The notes under the pieces are model-generated. The model was given only the letters and a program-made list of their open reading frames with translations, had not been told where the DNA came from and ran no database searches. Positions 17,657 through 27,204 of a stretch of DNA of 45,307 nucleotides are shown one piece after another. The first letter of the stretch is position 1, and each line of letters opens with the position of its first letter. The translations under genes and the position numbers were made by a program. Origin of the DNA: a virus (taxonomy: Duplodnaviria > Caudoviricetes). The stretch covers positions 1 through 45,307 of the IMG/VR virus record IMGVR_UViG_3300023213_000009. One strand, written 5' to 3'.

Positions 17657-18565
17657 TTACCCATATCCTCCACGACCTAAAATATATTCAGGTATTCTAT
17701 TATTGATTTGCTGTTGATTTTGAGCAGCTTGATTAGCTTGCATTACTTGATTACCAAATGTAGCAGTTAGAGCAGGAGTAGTTCCATATAAACTAGTTTC
17801 GCCTTGTAAAGCTCCAGTCATAAGCTGTCTATTACCTAATTGAGCTTCTAAACCCATTTGAGCATTAAATTCACCAGCTTGAAGTGCTCTATTAGCATCT
17901 GCTTGCAGAGCAGCATTAATTTGTTGAGCAGCTAATTCAGCAGCTTGATTTTGTCCAGCTACATCAGCAGCGGCTGCACTAGCCCATGCAGGAGCAGCAG
18001 TTAATTTTCCTTTTTGAATAGCTTCAGCAATACCAGCATTAGCTGAAGTGGTAACATCTGCTATTTTATTGGCTTCATCTCTAGCCATTTGAGCTTGAGT
18101 AGCATTAAAACTAGGAGAATAGCCGCCTTGTAATGCTCTACTTCTTTCAACTTCTTGTTGGCCAGTAGCATAAATAGATCGAATTGGAGAAATATCTCTT
18201 GCTCTAATATTTTCTACGTCTGAAGCACTTAATCCACCAGTTGCGGCTAAATCTGATAAACTTCTCAACGAACCTTCTACATTAGGAGATGTTATATATG
18301 GAGTAGTAAATGCAGAAACTCCAGAAGTACCTACACCCATAGCTTTTAATGGATTTTGCTGAAAGTAATTACCTAAATCTTGATAACCTTTCATTATTCT
18401 ATCATAATCACCAGCTTGTGTGGTGGCAGCAGCAGTAAATGATGCAGGATTACCAAATTGATTAAGTGGAGATGGAGGAGGAGTGGGATTACCCCAGAAT
18501 CTTGGATTACCACCTATTCCACCACTACCAACTTGAACGCCACCATTAGCCATTGAAGAACTCAT
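17657..18565 (-). CDS. Internal virion/pilot ejection protein
   Basis: Ala/Gly/Gln/Asn-rich low-complexity helical protein downstream of the tail genes. Confidence 0.6.
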   Translation of the reverse strand: MSSSMANGGVQVGSGGIGGNPRFWGNPTPPPSPLNQFGNPASFTAAATTQAGDYDRIMKGYQDLGNYFQQNPLKAMGVGTSGVSAFTTPYITSPNVEGSLRSLSDLAATGGLSASDVENIRARDISPIRSIYATGQQEVERSRALQGGYSPSFNATQAQMARDEANKIADVTTSANAGIAEAIQKGKLTAAPAWASAAAADVAGQNQAAELAAQQINAALQADANRALQAGEFNAQMGLEAQLGNRQLMTGALQGETSLYGTTPALTATFGNQVMQANQAAQNQQQINNRIPEYILGRGGYG

Positions 18566-18917
18566 CTAAAGTTGTTTGTTCGTCCACATTATATCCAAAC
18601 GATTTCAACTTTGATAATACGTTATTTAACCAAATAGAGTGTTGAGTGTCTGTGTATTCCATCGCAAAATCATCAAATGTCATATCAGTATTATACACAT
18701 GAGATTTATCAGTTCTAATTAATTCTATTTCATCATATAAATGAGTCCAGCCGTCATCATCACTCTCAAATACTGATATTCCTTCTGTACCAGTAGTAGG
18801 ATAACCTTTTAATTTCAAACTACCTGGATTATGTGCTCTATTTGGAGCAGAATTCAAAACTGGAAATCCTTCAGCAACTGAAATAGCAGATGCTAAATCA
18901 ACTGTCTGTTTAGGCAA
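18546..18917 (-). CDS. Lysozyme-like virion peptidoglycan hydrolase
   Basis: AISVAEGF...RAHNPGSL...VFESDDDG...YNTDMT resembles the NNPGN lysozyme-like family; probable TTG start at 18917. Confidence 0.6.
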   Translation of the reverse strand: MPKQTVDLASAISVAEGFPVLNSAPNRAHNPGSLKLKGYPTTGTEGISVFESDDDGWTHLYDEIELIRTDKSHVYNTDMTFDDFAMEYTDTQHSIWLNNVLSKLKSFGYNVDEQTTLDEFFNG

Positions 18918-19281
18918 CGCCAATTTCGCCTTCACCTTCGATTGATAGCGAAGTAGCCGCACTAGCACCACCAACAAGAAAATCAGCAACATCAAGTCTA
19001 AGTAATCCATACCAATCAATAAATGAATTAGCTGCAACAGATAATGCTTGTCCAATTACTTCTGTTCCTGCTGCGTTTGCTCCAGTAGCACCTAACCAAA
19101 GAGAAAACGTAACAGCACCACCTGTTTTATTTACAATTCTAATATGTTTAACAATAATATAAAGATTCCCAGAACCACCACCATTTACGCCACCTGTTGT
19201 AGTGCCAGGGTTTAAAATATTAGTTGTTAGAGTTGAACTCATTGCGACTGGTCCAAATCTAAATGCTTTGTTTGCTGCCAT
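18910..19281 (-). CDS. Small beta-rich virion protein
   Basis: IVKHIRIVNKTGGAVTFSL...LDVADFLVGGAS; SD GGAGAG. Confidence 0.65.
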   Translation of the reverse strand: MAANKAFRFGPVAMSSTLTTNILNPGTTTGGVNGGGSGNLYIIVKHIRIVNKTGGAVTFSLWLGATGANAAGTEVIGQALSVAANSFIDWYGLLRLDVADFLVGGASAATSLSIEGEGEIGVA

Positions 19282-19290
19282 TTTCTCTCC

Positions 19291-20334
19291 CTACGAAATT
19301 GCAAACTCTACTTGCACGCGGTATTGGTCTGTATTTGCCCAAGCAAATGGGTGAGTTGCATCAACGTTTGCTCCAGTCGCATCCACTGAACCAAGAATAC
19401 CAGTATTTGCAGCACCAGACCATGTTGCATTCACAGGCCAATTTGCGCCGCCAACAACATCAATTGCGAGAGCCGCACCATTACTTGATAATCCAGATGG
19501 ATTTGCTATTGTTGAAATTTGCCAAAATCCACTTCCAAATGTAGTAGTACTTCCCATAATAATTGATATAACAGTAAGAAGTTGGGTACTTCTGATAAAA
19601 TACGTACCTGACAATGTACCATTACCAATTGCAGGATTTGAAACTGAACCTGTCCATACTGGTGTATATGATATTGCTGAGCCTTGGTCATGAAATATAA
19701 GTCTCCATCTAGTTGTAATAGCATCGTATTGATACGTTGCTGAACCTAATGTAGCAGCTAAAGGAGTGTTCACTCCAGTAACTTTATTAATTAATCTATT
19801 AGCAGCGGCTGAACCAGCGTTCTGATGTGCGAGAAATACATTTCCAACGCCAATTGAAACAATCGTAACTATTTGTCCGTCGAATCCGGCTAAAAATCCA
19901 TCTATCGTAACATCTGTCGCATTGTTCATTCTAATAAGATTAGCATTTTTAAACGAAAAATCATTTTGTGTTCCAGTTAATGTTGAAGTAAATACAGAAA
20001 TAGGAATTGGAGCAATATATGTGCTTGGTATTAAATCTTCAACATTTGGGTCTTCAGATATCCAAGGACCAATTAAACCTGGTATTCCTTGTATTCCTTG
20101 TACACCAGGAATTATAAGACCATCTTCTCCATCTACTCCATCAAATGCAGGCATTATAGGAGCTGTAATAAAATTATTAACTACACCTCCACCAGAAATA
20201 ATTCCAGAAGTTTGAGTAGTTAAAGTAGACAAAGCACCAATTAATTGACGAAGAACTTGATATAGAGCATTATCTTTCTGTTGTAATTGAGTATTTTGTA
20301 AAGCTGTATATAAACGAGTGGGATCAAATGCCAC
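19291..20334 (-). CDS. Tail fibre / receptor-binding protein with short collagen-like segment
   Basis: GVDGEDG and GVQGIQGIPG triplets; C-terminal YTPVWTG...IGNGTLSGTY fibre-tip pattern. Confidence 0.75.
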   Translation of the reverse strand: MAFDPTRLYTALQNTQLQQKDNALYQVLRQLIGALSTLTTQTSGIISGGGVVNNFITAPIMPAFDGVDGEDGLIIPGVQGIQGIPGLIGPWISEDPNVEDLIPSTYIAPIPISVFTSTLTGTQNDFSFKNANLIRMNNATDVTIDGFLAGFDGQIVTIVSIGVGNVFLAHQNAGSAAANRLINKVTGVNTPLAATLGSATYQYDAITTRWRLIFHDQGSAISYTPVWTGSVSNPAIGNGTLSGTYFIRSTQLLTVISIIMGSTTTFGSGFWQISTIANPSGLSSNGAALAIDVVGGANWPVNATWSGAANTGILGSVDATGANVDATHPFAWANTDQYRVQVEFAIS

Positions 20335-20337
20335 TTG

Positions 20338-20643
20338 TTAATTCCCAGGTAATGAAGAAGCAACAGGTCTAGTAAATATAATAATTTTATTTATATTAAA
20401 CGTTTCATTAATATTCGCTGTAGAAATTTGTAGTTTAGCCCTTTGTTGTGTGAAATTAGCTAACCTATTTAAATCGATATCAGTTGTGGCTGGAAGAGCT
20501 AATGCCACCAAAACTTGTGATCTGACTTCATTTCGACTGAATAAAGTCATTTGAAGATTACCACTACCTGTGGCACGTAGACGAATAGCACCATAATGAA
20601 ATACAGTTCCATCTCCAGTAGACCCAGCACCTTTTTTAGCCAT
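20338..20643 (-). CDS. Tail protein resembling the C-terminal domain of a podovirus nozzle
   Basis: RAKLQISTANINETFNINKIIIF beta pattern; location in the tail block. Confidence 0.5.
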   Translation of the reverse strand: MAKKGAGSTGDGTVFHYGAIRLRATGSGNLQMTLFSRNEVRSQVLVALALPATTDIDLNRLANFTQQRAKLQISTANINETFNINKIIIFTRPVASSLPGN

Positions 20644-21839
20644 TATACAAACGCTGTCTTAATGAACGGGTTTGGAATTGCAACATCAGTTGTTACAGGA
20701 GTGAATGTAGTAAAAGTAATAGGAACTGGTACTGTGTTATCAAATAGCATAATATCATTATCTTCAACATCTTGGTCATCAGGTGGTAAACCTTGTGTTG
20801 TCAAAAGAGTAGGATTTATAATAATATCTTCATATAAATCATCTTCTAAGTCTATAAAATTACTTACAAAAGTAGCAGAACCAAATCTAACTCCTCCAGC
20901 ATTATCTCCATATAAAGTATCAGCAGTTTTGCCAGAAGTTAATACATATAATCCAGAAGCATTAGCATACAATATTTGCAATGTTCCAGCAAGAACAGAA
21001 CCTGAAAATTGAACACCATTTCCAAGTAAATATATTTGTGTAAGAACTTTTCCACCTTTTACACAAAAAAGAGGATAATATTTTGGAAAATGTTTTTTTA
21101 TAAAATCACAGATATTAGGGGCTTTGAAAGTTACAATATTAGGAAGTATAAGAATAAAATCAAATATAGGTATACTTACTAATAAATTTCCAGATACATC
21201 TTGATATACAACATTAATTTGTTTAGTTCCAGCTATTACTGGAGTTGGAGTATTATCTGTGATAGTAACAGTTGTTCCTGGAGCTACTGGTGTATTTGGA
21301 GTTAAAGACCATGAATATGGAAGTCCATAATTTCCAAATATCTCAAGATTTTGATAAACACCACCTTGTAAACCTAAATCGAATGCTTGAATTAATGTTA
21401 AGCTAATTTCTATAGATAATATTGCAAGTAAATCAATGGGAGATGCTGTTGCTGGTATAAATGGTTGAGAAAGAGGATGCACAAGTCCATCATTTGGACA
21501 ATTTGTTACAGTAGGACCATATATTCCAAATGTTATTGTACTTTTAGCAACATCAATAGCCGCATTAGCCATTTCTAAAAATCCTAAACGATTATCACTA
21601 TTAGTTATTCGTAGTGATGGAGAACTAGTAATGGTAAATCCATTAGGTAATCCAGAAAATGCTATTGGAACAAGACTACCATCAAGAAAAAAACAATTTC
21701 CATATAAAATATAATTAGTAATAAAATCACCTGTAGCAAATGCTATAAAATAATCAGGAAAATCAGATGGAGGTGCAGGCTGAAATGTAGGAGAATCAGT
21801 TTGACTAAATACTTTGAATCTTGCAACGTAAGTTCCCAT
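20643..21839 (-). CDS. Tail-associated beta-rich protein (Ig-like segments)
   Basis: Thr/Pro/Gly-rich beta strands; very AT-rich; TAATG coupled at both ends. Confidence 0.55.
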   Translation of the reverse strand: MGTYVARFKVFSQTDSPTFQPAPPSDFPDYFIAFATGDFITNYILYGNCFFLDGSLVPIAFSGLPNGFTITSSPSLRITNSDNRLGFLEMANAAIDVAKSTITFGIYGPTVTNCPNDGLVHPLSQPFIPATASPIDLLAILSIEISLTLIQAFDLGLQGGVYQNLEIFGNYGLPYSWSLTPNTPVAPGTTVTITDNTPTPVIAGTKQINVVYQDVSGNLLVSIPIFDFILILPNIVTFKAPNICDFIKKHFPKYYPLFCVKGGKVLTQIYLLGNGVQFSGSVLAGTLQILYANASGLYVLTSGKTADTLYGDNAGGVRFGSATFVSNFIDLEDDLYEDIIINPTLLTTQGLPPDDQDVEDNDIMLFDNTVPVPITFTTFTPVTTDVAIPNPFIKTAFV

Positions 21840-23362
21840 TATGGTAAATCTGCTCCTATAATAACGTTGCTGATATCCTGAATTGCTACAGTATTAACTC
21901 CCATAGGAAATGACCAAGGTGCCCATTTAATACTTCTTACACCCAATCCATTAGCATAATCTCCTAGAAGCATTAATCTATTTGGTAATACACAATAAAT
22001 TTTTCTAGTAACAGGTGAATTAACCATTTGAATATGTCCAAATTGATTATGGTCTAATTTGTTCCAATAATCATCTATTTTCCAAGCTAAATCTTGTTCA
22101 GGAGGAGGATATCTTCCATTAAATTGACTAATTCCTCGATAAGTAGCAATTAACAAATAATCAACAGATATACCACTTGAATCTAAAACAGCAGCAATTC
22201 CATGAACACTAGTTCCTAAAGCATTATCTACGACAACTTCTGCCCAAGTAGAAGGTTCTCCACCATTATCATTATAGGATACACTTTTAGATCTCTTAAA
22301 CATATACAAAACATCTCTCATTTCTTGAGCATTTGTAATAGGATTACCATCTAGAGGCACTACTATAAGACCTGTAATTTGGTTGAATGCTTCCGGCTGA
22401 CCAACTTGACTTACATAAGCTAATGAAATATCAGTAAAAGTATCTGCGACAACTAATCTATTATGATATAAAGCTACGACTGCTCCAGCCGGAATTGACG
22501 TAAGATTATTTAATAATGCTGAAGCATCTGATAATAAATCTGCATCGAAAAATGAAATATTATTCAAAAATGTATCTGTATTATTAGTAATGATAGCATT
22601 TGGAACAAAGAAAAATTGATATCCTGACGTATTTCCGTTGTAATTTGGAATTACTTTAGTAGCAACAAGTAATCTTTTAACTACGTTAGGATCTCCACTA
22701 GTAGGAATACTTCCAAAACTTACAGATTGAGCTGAATTTGTCACAAATGAAGTTAAAATGGTTGGTGGAGAATTATAACCTGAAACAGTTTGTGACACAA
22801 AACCAAAAACATGAGTACCTGGATCTGTATGACCTGGAGCACCATTAGCAATAGTCATAGTGCCAGACATTCCAGCACCAGCCGCTTTTCTAGCAGGAGT
22901 TCCATCACCCGCATAAACATATAAAAATTGATTTTGTAATCCTTTTTGAAAAGTTAAATCACCGTTAACATAATCACTGAATGGACTAATATATGCTCTA
23001 CCTGCATATGAAGTAAATGCAAAGTCTGTCATTCCAACAATGGTTAATAGAGGACCATAAACGAGACCACCATTAACCATATGATATATGCTACCGGCTC
23101 CTGTACCTGTATCATAAGCTAAAATAATCAAAGTATTAGCATTTTGAGTAGGATAATTATAAATTCTTTTAATATTATCAACTGGAGCAGATGCTGTTTG
23201 GCTAATTCCAATACCTGGTCTAGTTAGAAAACTTGAATCACCTAGATAATCTACATTATTACAATCAGAAAAATGGTCTAGAGGAACAGTATCTGGATCT
23301 CCACGCGACCACAATCCATTGAATCTATCTATTATTACTGGACCATGATCTCTAGTTGGCAT
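21839..23362 (-). CDS. Tail nozzle/stabilisation protein (P22 gp10 / tubular B-like beta-propeller)
   Basis: FNGLWSR...NVDY...LTRPG N-terminus, YHNRLVVA and YVSQVGQPEAF blades; follows the adaptor. Confidence 0.75.
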   Translation of the reverse strand: MPTRDHGPVIIDRFNGLWSRGDPDTVPLDHFSDCNNVDYLGDSSFLTRPGIGISQTASAPVDNIKRIYNYPTQNANTLIILAYDTGTGAGSIYHMVNGGLVYGPLLTIVGMTDFAFTSYAGRAYISPFSDYVNGDLTFQKGLQNQFLYVYAGDGTPARKAAGAGMSGTMTIANGAPGHTDPGTHVFGFVSQTVSGYNSPPTILTSFVTNSAQSVSFGSIPTSGDPNVVKRLLVATKVIPNYNGNTSGYQFFFVPNAIITNNTDTFLNNISFFDADLLSDASALLNNLTSIPAGAVVALYHNRLVVADTFTDISLAYVSQVGQPEAFNQITGLIVVPLDGNPITNAQEMRDVLYMFKRSKSVSYNDNGGEPSTWAEVVVDNALGTSVHGIAAVLDSSGISVDYLLIATYRGISQFNGRYPPPEQDLAWKIDDYWNKLDHNQFGHIQMVNSPVTRKIYCVLPNRLMLLGDYANGLGVRSIKWAPWSFPMGVNTVAIQDISNVIIGADLP

Positions 23363-24084
23363 TAGTAATTAATACCTCTATGTTTGAATGAATGTCTAAA
23401 TGGTCTACGTCTAACAAGAATAGATTGCATACCTTTAAGTGGTATCCCTAATGCACGATAAAGAGCTTGACCTGCTTCAGAATCTAATGCTTGTGCTCTT
23501 GTTGGATTCTCAGCAACAAATAGAGCACACAATGCAGTTGTTTCAAATTCTAAATATGTTTGAATATTAGTGAAGTTTAAATTGACTTCTTGAGTAGCAG
23601 TAGTGATTGGTAAAAATAAACTACTAGTATAATCTATTTTCAAATCTATGTCAGCATCTGCAGCTATTAAAATAATATGGTCATTTTCCCAAGCCCAGAT
23701 TAAAAAAACAGAAGTTTGAGTTAAATTCTCTAAATAATGTGGAATAAAATCTTTTTTATCCATTGGAGTCCACTGGAATAATCCAGCCGTTGACTCCCAA
23801 ATTTGTTGTATCTCTACTAAATCTCCAGGAAGTCTTGGAATAGTGTCAAATCCTAACTTAACAATTCCAGGAGTAGTAGCAGATGCAGCAGGTGCAGATT
23901 TGATAGTAATAGGAGATGCTGTAGTTTTGTTAGTTACCGGAAGCCCGTTTAACTCGTATATTTCCTGTAAAATACGTTGTGCCATATTAAAAAATGGTAA
24001 AATCACAGTATTAGTATATTGAGTTTGAGCAGAATCATTCATCAATATTGCAACATTCGCAAACATATCTATAGGTTTAGGCAT
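23362..24084 (-). CDS. Head-tail adaptor (tubular A-like)
   Basis: ILMND...YTN...FFNMAQR N-terminal helices and LPGDLVEI; position before the nozzle. Confidence 0.65.
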   Translation of the reverse strand: MPKPIDMFANVAILMNDSAQTQYTNTVILPFFNMAQRILQEIYELNGLPVTNKTTASPITIKSAPAASATTPGIVKLGFDTIPRLPGDLVEIQQIWESTAGLFQWTPMDKKDFIPHYLENLTQTSVFLIWAWENDHIILIAADADIDLKIDYTSSLFLPITTATQEVNLNFTNIQTYLEFETTALCALFVAENPTRAQALDSEAGQALYRALGIPLKGMQSILVRRRPFRHSFKHRGINY

Positions 24085-24085
24085 A

Positions 24086-24442
24086 TTAACTCCAAATTAT
24101 TCTTACACCAGCAATAGCAGCAGCCGCATTGAGTACTAAACTCACAAATGTAGAATCTAATGCAATAACGGTTGGATCTGTTTTATGTAAAGGAATGCCA
24201 CTATCAGCATTAACTCCCTTCAAAGTTATAAGAACAGTATTGCCAGCAGGTGGAAATATAGTTAGAGCTGTAGTAACAACTCCAGTAACAGAAGGTGGAG
24301 TTAAAGTATTGTTACCAGAAGCTAATGTAATTAAATCTGACTGCCCTGGTGATACTAAATTATCTAATGCAGACTGTGGAAGATTCTGGTTAATATCCCC
24401 ACTAAATTGGAGTTGTACGCTTCTTATTGCTGTTGTACTCAT
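24086..24442 (-). CDS. Small beta-rich virion protein
   Basis: Thr/Ser/Ala-rich; in structural operon. Confidence 0.6.
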   Translation of the reverse strand: MSTTAIRSVQLQFSGDINQNLPQSALDNLVSPGQSDLITLASGNNTLTPPSVTGVVTTALTIFPPAGNTVLITLKGVNADSGIPLHKTDPTVIALDSTFVSLVLNAAAAIAGVRIIWS

Positions 24443-25167
24443 TATACAGCAAATTTAAGATCTTTCGCTAAAGGATTATCTTGGTCAATAGCTTTGCAAA
24501 CTGGACAAACCGGATAAGAAGGTTGTTTCAATGAACCACAAGCCTTGCATCTAACTTGTTCAATCATTTGAATATCTTTTAGCCACGGTTTATCTTTTAG
24601 ATTCAAACTATTAGCCGCAAGCCTCGCTTCATCACTGATAGTAAGAGGATTTCCATTAGTTCTTGACCACAACACATCGGCAATTAATACGAGAATTTCA
24701 TACCATTTCATCTGTTTTTTATTAGCTTCATCAAGAGCTTTTTTCCATTCAGTTAAAATTTCTTTTTGAGTTCTAGCACCCATCACAAAAAATAAACCTG
24801 GCATTGCATCAGCCATATTACAACCAAGCATACCATTGCAATAATCTTTAACTACCGAATCAGCAACTTGAATTGAAGAAACAGGAACTTCAATCACAGG
24901 TTTCTCTATATCATAATCATTCCACCATGAAGAACTACCTACAATAAGCAAACCTGGATCTTCAAGAGATCCATATGGAATAACAAATTTGCCTGGTTCA
25001 ATAGTTGGTTTAGTTTCGATAATTTCTTTTGGAAAAATAGAAACAATAGTACATTTATCCATAGGATTTTTCTGCATTCTAATAAATCTACGTTTAGTAT
25101 TAGCATTTTGAAGGAATTGTAATCCTGTGTCATTGCCTACAGGATTTGGGTCTGGAAAATCTCTCAT
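24442..25167 (-). CDS. Hypothetical protein with C-terminal Zn ribbon
   Basis: RCKACG...VCPVCK. Confidence 0.75.
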   Translation of the reverse strand: MRDFPDPNPVGNDTGLQFLQNANTKRRFIRMQKNPMDKCTIVSIFPKEIIETKPTIEPGKFVIPYGSLEDPGLLIVGSSSWWNDYDIEKPVIEVPVSSIQVADSVVKDYCNGMLGCNMADAMPGLFFVMGARTQKEILTEWKKALDEANKKQMKWYEILVLIADVLWSRTNGNPLTISDEARLAANSLNLKDKPWLKDIQMIEQVRCKACGSLKQPSYPVCPVCKAIDQDNPLAKDLKFAV

Positions 25168-25709
25168 TAATTCACCTTCTTGAATTCTGGTCCAGTATAT
25201 CCAACTCCACTGTGATAAGCCAGAGCATCCCCTACGTCAGTCTCATTACCAAATAATTCATCTTGTGTTTTTTGAACTTCCGCTAAATACGTCTCTTTAC
25301 TCATCGTATCTTTATATTTAGCATAGTATTTTTTAGCACCTATATTCAAAACAACATTTTCAATAATAAACTCACAACCAGCATACCAAGGAGGAAGATA
25401 ATTACCTTGTTTATCTTGGAAAGTCCAGACAATTTCGTGAACAACTTTTTCAACAAGATCTGTCTCTCCTATAACTGGTTGAAGTCGTTCAAGAACGTAT
25501 CTATGTCTAATATATTGTTTATATTTAGGCATCAATCTTATTTCTGGATACATTAATTCTTCACCTTTATCATTATGTGTTACTTTTCTTTTTTCATATT
25601 GGTCGTCACTCCAAACAACCCTCCAATTAGGTCTACCATCATCTATGCTTCTACCATAATTATTTATCAATTTTTGATTGATGTCCTCAATCGGCTCTCT
25701 CAGTTCCAT
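25167..25709 (-). CDS. Hypothetical protein
   Basis: SD AGAGGA; 180-aa ORF in operon. Confidence 0.75.
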   Translation of the reverse strand: MELREPIEDINQKLINNYGRSIDDGRPNWRVVWSDDQYEKRKVTHNDKGEELMYPEIRLMPKYKQYIRHRYVLERLQPVIGETDLVEKVVHEIVWTFQDKQGNYLPPWYAGCEFIIENVVLNIGAKKYYAKYKDTMSKETYLAEVQKTQDELFGNETDVGDALAYHSGVGYTGPEFKKVN

Positions 25710-25770
25710 GTTTTCCTCTTTTCTTAAAGAAGAGTTTGACGTGTTTTTAGTGGATGCGTCACCCCACCTC

Positions 25771-25833
25771 TTATATCAGAGAACAAACGTGATTACCAGT
25801 GTAGACAGCGCCACAAATACAACACGTTCTTAT
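25771..25833 (-). CDS. Candidate 20-aa Cys-rich micro-protein with ATA start
   Basis: SD GGAGGT 8 nt upstream of ATA; reads (M)RTCCICGAVYTGNHVCSLI. Confidence 0.4.
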   Translation of the reverse strand: MRTCCICGAVYTGNHVCSLI

Positions 25834-25849
25834 GTGACATCACCTCCAA

Positions 25850-26728
25850 TTAAAATCCGTGCAACTCAGTCTCAACTACTGTATTTGTACCTGAGAACGC
25901 AGCACCACCGTTAACAGATACTCCAATAATTGAATTAGCAACAGTAGAGTCAAATCCTGCTGAAACCGCTGTAATTTGGCCAGAACCAGATGCACCAGTA
26001 GAAATTAAACCAGTAGCAGCTAATGCGTGAGCACAATAACAAGTTCCAGCCATTACAGCAGCAGCCGGAGAACCAACTGCTCTAAAGTGAGCAAATACTT
26101 CAAATGTTCCTGTATCTACAGCAGCAGTTCCAGCACCGAATGCAAATGTAAGAATAGCAGCGTCAGCAATACTTCCATTAATTCCAATTCTTAATGTGAC
26201 AGTAAATGCCGCAGTGCCAGCGGCTGTTTTGACCATATCAAATGTACATAGAAAACGAGTACCAAGAATAAATCCACCAGATGGTCCTGTAATATTTGAA
26301 CCAGCCAAATAAGTATCAGCAGCATATGCAGCAGAAACAGTAGCAGTACTAATATTAGATTTTAATGTAGAAATTACAGGAGCATTAATTACTGGATTAG
26401 TAATTGTAACAGAACCACCTAATGTATACGTTCCAGTAACAGTTCCTGAAATAACAGGAGATGCTAATACAGCACCAGATGCGCCACCAATTCTAGTCCA
26501 TGTAGGAGATGCTAATGTATTTGTGTTAACATAAATATTAGCGTTAGTAGTATCAATTAGAATAGCACCAGGTCCAGATTGACCAGCATATGTTCCTGAA
26601 ACACCATTTACAGGAGCACCAGCATTATCAACAACTAAAGCAAAATTATTAGCTAGATGTCTAAGAGTCGCCCAAATATTGAGCGGAGTCCAACTTGCTG
26701 CTGATGGATCTTGAGTAACTACAGCCAT
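25850..26728 (-). CDS. Head fibre/decoration protein
   Basis: NAGAPVNG...GPGAILIDTTNANIYVNT...WT motif; Ala/Gly/Thr-rich; downstream of capsid. Confidence 0.6.
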   Translation of the reverse strand: MAVVTQDPSAASWTPLNIWATLRHLANNFALVVDNAGAPVNGVSGTYAGQSGPGAILIDTTNANIYVNTNTLASPTWTRIGGASGAVLASPVISGTVTGTYTLGGSVTITNPVINAPVISTLKSNISTATVSAAYAADTYLAGSNITGPSGGFILGTRFLCTFDMVKTAAGTAAFTVTLRIGINGSIADAAILTFAFGAGTAAVDTGTFEVFAHFRAVGSPAAAVMAGTCYCAHALAATGLISTGASGSGQITAVSAGFDSTVANSIIGVSVNGGAAFSGTNTVVETELHGF

Positions 26729-26769
26729 TTTTTCTCCAGTGCTTTATGCACCATCCTGCCTTGGACAGA

Positions 26770-26850
26770 GAAAAAGGAGATGGTAGAGATGAACCGCTCC
26801 ACTGAGAGTTATTCTCACAGCTAAGCCCAGTTAGCTGCTCTACCATCTCC
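26770..26850 (-). terminator. Branched terminator-like RNA after capsid/decoration genes
   Basis: On the - strand, a 13-bp stem GGAGATGGTAGAG/CTCTACCATCTCC encloses CAGCTAA/TTAGCTG and TGAGA/TCTCA hairpins, followed by TTTTT. Confidence 0.7.
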
Positions 26851-26857
26851 AACTTAA

Positions 26858-27193
26858 TTAACTTAATTTAATCGTACCACACCAATACAATTGAGTAACA
26901 GGATCATATATACATACTACAGGAACATTTTGTGCAGCAGTTACAGTTGCTTTTGGCTGTCCTACACCAGTTCCACCAGTCAATCCACCAGGAGCACCAT
27001 TCGTAAAAATCAAAACTATCATATGGACACCGGCTACAGGTGGATTAATAGTTGCAACAGCAGTTGTTCCTGTTAAAAAAGTGACAAATCCAGTAGGAGA
27101 AATAGTGGCAGCAGCAGCAATAGTATTAGGTACTGGAGATAATCCACTTTGTACTGTAGAAAGTTGCTCAAACAGTGCGTCGATAATTGACAT
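26858..27193 (-). CDS. Capsid decoration/minor head protein
   Basis: Small Ala/Thr-rich protein directly after the MCP; SD AAGGAG. Confidence 0.6.
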   Translation of the reverse strand: MSIIDALFEQLSTVQSGLSPVPNTIAAAATISPTGFVTFLTGTTAVATINPPVAGVHMIVLIFTNGAPGGLTGGTGVGQPKATVTAAQNVPVVCIYDPVTQLYWCGTIKLS

Positions 27194-27204
27194 TATATAT
27201 CTCC

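Noticed and set aside
18918-19055. Hydrophobic SAR-like N-terminus of the lysozyme-like ORF
   Set aside because: It lies wholly inside the upstream gene in another frame; the TTG at 18917 is the more economical start.
25737-25772. preQ1-I riboswitch
   Set aside because: The topology (short stem plus A-rich tail) is similar, but I cannot see the conserved loop residues and the gene context is unrelated. Kept only as an unnamed pseudoknot.
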